Shown here in pieces: positions 58,396 to 64,000 of a stretch of DNA of 64,000 nt. The DNA is from Stylophora pistillata (lineage: Eukaryota), in contig NW_019217790.1 in NCBI RefSeq assembly GCF_002571385.2, positions 647,819-711,818 on the forward strand, given 5' to 3'. The position numbers and the translations under genes were made by a program. The notes under the pieces were generated by a model. It was not told the DNA's origin. It searched no databases and worked only from the letters and a program-made list of their open reading frames with translations. The number at the start of each line of letters is the position of its first letter. Position 1 is the stretch's first letter.

Positions 58396-60945
58396 AAGTC
58401 CAGTCTTCATGAAAAGAAAAGAAGAGTGGGGGAGGAGAGCTGTTGGCCATTATCAAGCCTATACAGTGGACAGTTCTTAACTTTCTCTTTTCCCTTTAAA
58501 CAAGGCACAAATTAAAAGACATGCAACTTAACTTCCAAACAAAATTTTTGTCTATTCAGATCAATTTTGGCCCAAATCCAGACATCTATCTGACTATCCT
58601 CATCTTCTAGTAATTCACACTTACCTACAGTACATATTGGTCTTTTGTATGGCATAAACGTGGGCAACATGCGTGAGATTCCTCTCCCAAAAAACAGTGG
58701 CGGTGCAAAGGACAGTATTTTCATCAGCCTGTTTTGAAAAGCTCGCAGTCTTGAACCTCTTGGGTTGTCGACTTGATTAAATATTTCATTTTCACCAAAG
58801 GAAAACACAGGAACAAGATATGCTCTAAAAAAAAGGCAAACAAAGGTGGAAATAGAAATAAGGAACCAAGGAGATGTGAACATCTAAACAGAGCACCCAC
58901 CCACCCACCAACCCACTCGTGATATTTTTCCTCATTCTTAGCAGATCTTGTCATTCAATTGGGATGACCTCTTTTCAAAGTCCTCAACTCAAACCTTGTA
59001 CTTTTGTACTCTGAGATTTGTGAAAATTCCGAGTAAAGAACCTTGTTTTTTTTGGTTTCACAAAATTCTTAAAATAATGGAGACTTTGTTTCAGGTAAAT
59101 GATTGACAACTTCAAAACCGAGACATCTTTTACCACCACTTCTTATTATAACCCACTGTTCAACATTACTTCTACTAGTAGCTCAGTCTTGAATTCCCTG
59201 GTATCACTTTCTGAGTTTGCAAATGTCATTTGTCATTTGTTGATTAAAAAAAAATGCACTCGGAAACTATGAAATAGAGCATGCCACTACCCAACCTGAC
59301 TTAAACAGTGAAACAGAGACAGTCTACACGAATTTCTGTTGAAGAAACCATTTAATCTTAAATCAGGTCTACATGTACATTTAAGCTTGGTAAGCCTTAA
59401 CTTAAATGTGCTGCATGGTATGAAGATCTAAAGGCTTTGAAACTTAAGTCCAATTTTTTTCATCCTCTTACCCTGTCTGTAGGGCCAATTTAGCAAATCC
59501 TTTCCTGTTTCTCAGGGTCAGAGTGTAAGATCCAGGGCGGGCATCAAGAGACTCTGCTGCTCCACCAATCACAATCACTGCAGCATTTCCAGTCCCCTGC
59601 TTAGTCACTATATGACGAATACTTTCTTTAGAGACATCACAAACCCCACCTGCCATTACAAAGTCTCTCCACAGTGGAAATTTGAACATCACTAAAAAAA
59701 AAATTAGATTAAATTTATAAACAATAAAAACGATGGCGCAAACGTGATGCAATTACATAATAGAAACCATTGAGGTGTAGAATTCCATAATATGATACAG
59801 GTATGTCCTTAGAATAACAGGCACGCTTCTATCTAATGACACCCACTGAATGATTAAGACGTGAGGTGAGGCAGTATTTTGGAAAAAAAATTTATATTTA
59901 CAAAGTCATAGACAGCAAAGCTTAACTTTGCACTGTACAATCATATATTGATAGAAGTTTAAATTCTCAAACGAAAAAAAAAAGGTTACCTAAGATGAAT
60001 GTAACTTGAATACTAAAATAGTACTTAGTATGCAAATATGGGATTTCCCTCTCAAAAGTTAATCTTGTTTCCTCTTTTGAGGTATTACGTAGTGAAAACG
60101 AAAACTGGACAGCAAGGAATTGACAACATGTAGTTACACATTTTGGTTGCATTAAAAACTAAAATTTTGAAAACAACGTTGTCTAAATTTTAGCTAATTT
60201 AGGCAAACTGGGAAACAACCCTTGAAACAAACAGAAATTTAAGATAGAATTTCTCTACCATGAAGTGATCAGGAATTGTCCCCTTCTCCATGATGATTCG
60301 TTGGAGAATATCTGCTGAAACAATTAAGCTTTACAATTTAACTTGAGGTTAACTTTTCATGCTCTTTGCCTGTCTATTTAGTTGGTTAATCATTTCCGAG
60401 GATAAAGAAAATCTGGCAAGAGCCACGAAATCTGGCAAGGAGCAAGAGAACCTGTCACACTATCAAGAAAATTTACTGCAACTTTCGTGTTACTTACAAG
60501 TTAGGGTGAGAAGATGTGATTTTATGCCCGGAAAGAGTCTACTGAATCCGGTGGCTTCAGTGGCAAAATTAACCCACGCTCCCGCACACATGATTCCATG
60601 AGGATGGTATCCGAGAATGTAGTTCTTTCTTGGATCCAACCGCTTTGTTCTGACAAGTCGCGCGGGAAAGTAGTCTCGAAAATACTCCCAGCTTTTCAGC
60701 TTGCGAAATGTCTCGGACCTCCTTCCTCCTTTGGAAGATGTTTTCAAATCAAAGAAATAAGTCCAGAACAAATAAATGACCATGAAACCGTAGACTGGAG
60801 TAAGGAGAATGTAAAATGAGAGGAGTATTCCGATCGTGTGTCCGAAGATGAACAATCCAGTCATCATGAAAACAACTCCAATTTGAAGAGGCTCCTCGAA
60901 AAAGGAGAACGAGAAATCCATTTTCTCTCTTTGTCTAGTGGCCAT
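57969..60945 (-). CDS. DGAT2/MOGAT-family acyltransferase, copy 3; exons 60945-60498, 59691-59472, 58824-58625, 58126-57969
   Basis: GGRR, DYFP, GYHPHG, IGGAAESL, RKGFAKLALQTG, LVPVFSFGENE, VGAPIPV. TAG stop at 57969-57971. Confidence 0.95.
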
Positions 60946-61324
60946 CTTAAAGGCAAATTAAAGTGTTTCTTCTCGTAAGGAAAATTTCTTTTATAAAGCA
61001 CAAAAATAACCTTTCTCTCTCTGCTGGAGTTTGAACTTTGATCAAATATATTCCGAACGGATAGTTTTGTATTTTGATCCGGACGGAAGTGGCGGTTTGG
61101 CATCCATACAGGTGTCAAATATCAGGTGATCATTTTTCACTTGCTGCACGCCTGTCACGCGTTTGTCAACGTCGTGCGCGTGAAAAGTCACCATATTTGG
61201 AATGATAGCTACAGTGGACACCAGTCTTTGCGCGCATTGGAGATTGCCTGACTAGTGTTGGTCCGTTTTCGCATTGTGAATTCTTGTTGATTTTGAAGCT
61301 AAAATCCTTCAATATACCTCAATT
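60946..61324. promoter_or_regulatory. Putative bidirectional promoter between DGAT2-family copy 3 and LSM1
   Basis: Divergent ATGs are 379 bp apart. The region is CpG-richer, with ETS-like CGGAAGTG (61084) and CArG-like CCATATTTGG (61191-61200). Confidence 0.6.
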
Positions 61325-63436
61325 ATGAGCTTCCTTCCTGGGACAGCAAGTCTCATCAAAGAGATAGATAGTACGATATTGTTTTTTCTAATTTCCTGTC
61401 GTGGCTATCTTTTTTTAATCTGTGTTATTTAATTCTAGTCTTGTGTCCTCGATTCTCTATTTAATATCAACAAATTTATTGCTTGTGCCTCCATAAACTT
61501 GAAGCTTGCAATTTTAATTTTACTCAGAATTTCGATTTTAATCAGAATTTCGCTATTATTTTTTCAAAAAAGATTCCAAGCTTACGTTTTTCGTTTACAC
61601 AAGTGGCACTTCTAATATTCTCTGGCATATGCAAGAGGGACAAACAGAAACTTTTCTCTCTAAACTAACATTATGCTACTTTTGAACAGAGAGACTTATG
61701 GTTCTGCTGAGGGATGGAAGAACACTCATTGGATATCTGAGGTCTATAGATCAATTTGGTCAGTATACTGGCTAGAGTGAAATTAAACATGTAATCGTAC
61801 TTCTTGCCTGAAAGAATATTAAAATGCCTAAGATGTATGTTTATGGCGTGCCCTAAAATGGTGTAAACAATAGTAGTGCCTTAGGCCCTGGTTGTAATCT
61901 ACATCTGACAGCTGTTGTTGCATACAGTTGTGTTGATATTCTATTTTAGAATAACAACTTAATCAGATCCCGATGTCATGGTGGTAGTGCTACCAGGAAA
62001 AAAAAAAAGGGCTGTATTGTTGTATAGGGTCATGTTAGCATGTATATCTGCCATTGAAAGGGCTTTTCTTCTGTAGAAGGAAGGGATAAAGATAATTTTT
62101 GTGTTAGACTTTGAAAATCCAGCAAAGCAGTGGTAATTGTAGTCTCCCTTGCAGCTGTTTTTAAAATTGAGGTAAGTTGGGGAATCTGAAAAATGAGGTG
62201 TTTTAATAGGGAAGCCTTAGTTCCCACTTCAGTGATCAGTTTGATTTTGTCACAGTTGAAGTCACTGTGATGTGAGTTTTAATGTTGATATACACTGATA
62301 ATTTTACAGCCAACCTTTTGCTTCAAGACACCATCGAGAGAATTCATGTGGGAGGAAAGTATGGGGATATTCCCAGAGGCATATTTCTTATAAGAGGAGA
62401 AAATATGGTTCTGGCTGGAGAGATAGTAAGTTACTTCTAGTGAAGAGTGAAAATGATTTACAGGTTGTTAAAAAATAAAATTAGATCAGAGAAGAATGAT
62501 GACTAGCACTTGCTGTTATAGTTTTACATATTTCAGTTACTTGGGAACTTAAGTGTTTATTCTTTGAAATACAATGAAAAAATTGTAATATACATATTGA
62601 GGGAAGAGCTTGCTTTGTTATGTCACTGAAGTTGATTTTACAACTCTTTTGTAATCGTTATGGTGGCCAATTTACCACTTCAACTTTGTTGATACATCCA
62701 AGTTATTTTGTTACCCCCACCGACACAGCCCCAAACAGTTTCTTTCGAAACTATCAGCCTTTCTTTGAGAATACAGATGTGATAGTTCTTTCATCTACTC
62801 CAACTAATTAGGAAATACACACAGAATTCCAATATCATTGGAATGTCTATCAAGATGATATTCTTACCCAACTTGTTGTGTAATTTTAGTTTTAACTTAT
62901 TTAAAGAAACACCATTTGCAATTCAATGTTTTCCCAAAAAATTGTTGTCAGATGTTACATTTGTTGTCAAAATTTGAAAAGTTTGCTAAACTATTGTCCC
63001 TTTTGCAGCCTTTGTGGGTAGTGTGCTTGCTCCCCCACCCCTGCTCCCCCACTGACACCTTTGTGGGTAGTATGCTTGCTCCCCCACCCCTGCCTCCCTC
63101 CCTGCTCCCTCCCTGCTCCCCCACCTCTGCCTCCCTCCCTGCTCCCCCACCGACAGAGAGGGAGAGAAAGCCTATTGTGTGATGCGACCAAACAATGGCT
63201 GCAAAGGGGACTTGCTGTATGTGTGATGTACACTTAATTTTTTATTTAAGGATGAAGAAAAGGAAGCTCAGTCTGAACTGGAGGAAGTATCTGTACCTGA
63301 TATTCTTGAATTACAAAGAGATGAGCAACTGGCCAAAGAAGAGCAAGAGAGAGTGAAAACAAAAGCCAAACTGAAAAGAGGCCTGCCTGTGAATGTATCT
63401 GACACATATCTTAGTCATGATGATGTTTTCAACTGA
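61325..63436 (+). CDS. LSM1: U6 snRNA-associated Sm-like protein LSm1; exons 61325-61370, 61690-61758, 62310-62425, 63251-63436
   Basis: [82 protein letters not shown]...; canonical splice sites. Not visible in the ORF track because the exons are short. Confidence 0.97.
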
Positions 63437-64000
63437 GTTTTATTTAAAAAAATGACAAGGCCAAGTACAGGTACCTTCACTGAATATGGCTGAGCCCACA
63501 GTATCAAACTTGTGTGTTGCTAGGCAACATGGCACATCTTTTGACATCTTGAAATCCGTTGGTGGAAAGGAATGGTTTATCTGGCCTTGTGGGCATTTGT
63601 CAGTCAGAATAGCTTTATTTTTTTTGACAGGGAAGGAAAGGCTTAAAAAGATTTATTTATCGTAGATGATATATTTGTTGAAAGCTACTTGGATATCCAT
63701 GTTACATGCTACAGATAAAAAATTGTTAGGGTCTGGAAATGATATGGTGCATAAAATGCAACAATTTCTTAAATAAATTTGCTCTATAAACATAAGCAGT
63801 ATTTATTTTGATATTAAATTGTATCTGGATGAAAGGTAGATATCAGTAACTTGATTGTCTTAAGGAGAAGCATGTTTGACTTGTTTTGTGTTTTACAGTT
63901 TTTCCCTCTAGCAAACATGTATTTGTACGTGAAACATAAAGGTTGAAAAAAATCCCTGCAATTGTCAACTGCCTGACTCCCTGTAGGAGTTGAATAGTCA

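Overview
AT-rich, intron-rich animal genomic DNA. The repeat families (Penelope pLTRs, Crypton-type hairpins, tRNA-derived SINEs) suggest a cnidarian, probably a stony coral; that is inference. Exons were assembled by hand from GT-AG sites and codon phase. In order: (1) 5' part of a phospholipid scramblase (minus strand, runs off the left edge, with a 4-bp frameshifting duplication). (2) DGAT2/MOGAT-family acyltransferase copy 1. (3) A stack of TE fragments. (4) A ~40-kb, 43-exon minus-strand gene (10767-50716, 12,114 nt, ~4,040 codons) for a secreted bacterial-style RHS/YD-repeat protein that is not a teneurin. Its order is signal peptide, Cys-rich HFRGG domain, bacterial Ig/HYR-like repeats, ~9 CARDB-like repeats, DUF6531-like region, YD repeats, an RHS core ending in NNPxxxxDPRG, a ~150-aa Gly-rich hydrophobic segment, a DUF7619-like domain, an RTX-adhesin-like repeat and five metazoan EGF exons. 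(5) DGAT2-family copies 2 and 3. (6) LSM1, head-to-head with copy 3. The giant gene is the main candidate for an undescribed system. Its only defects are three in-frame TAGs at Tyr-like positions and one GAG acceptor, which fit either an ambiguity-code assembly artefact or recoding. Intron 1 holds an intact inverted paralogous first exon and a ~230-bp tandem array with branch-point/acceptor/micro-exon/donor signals on the opposite strand.
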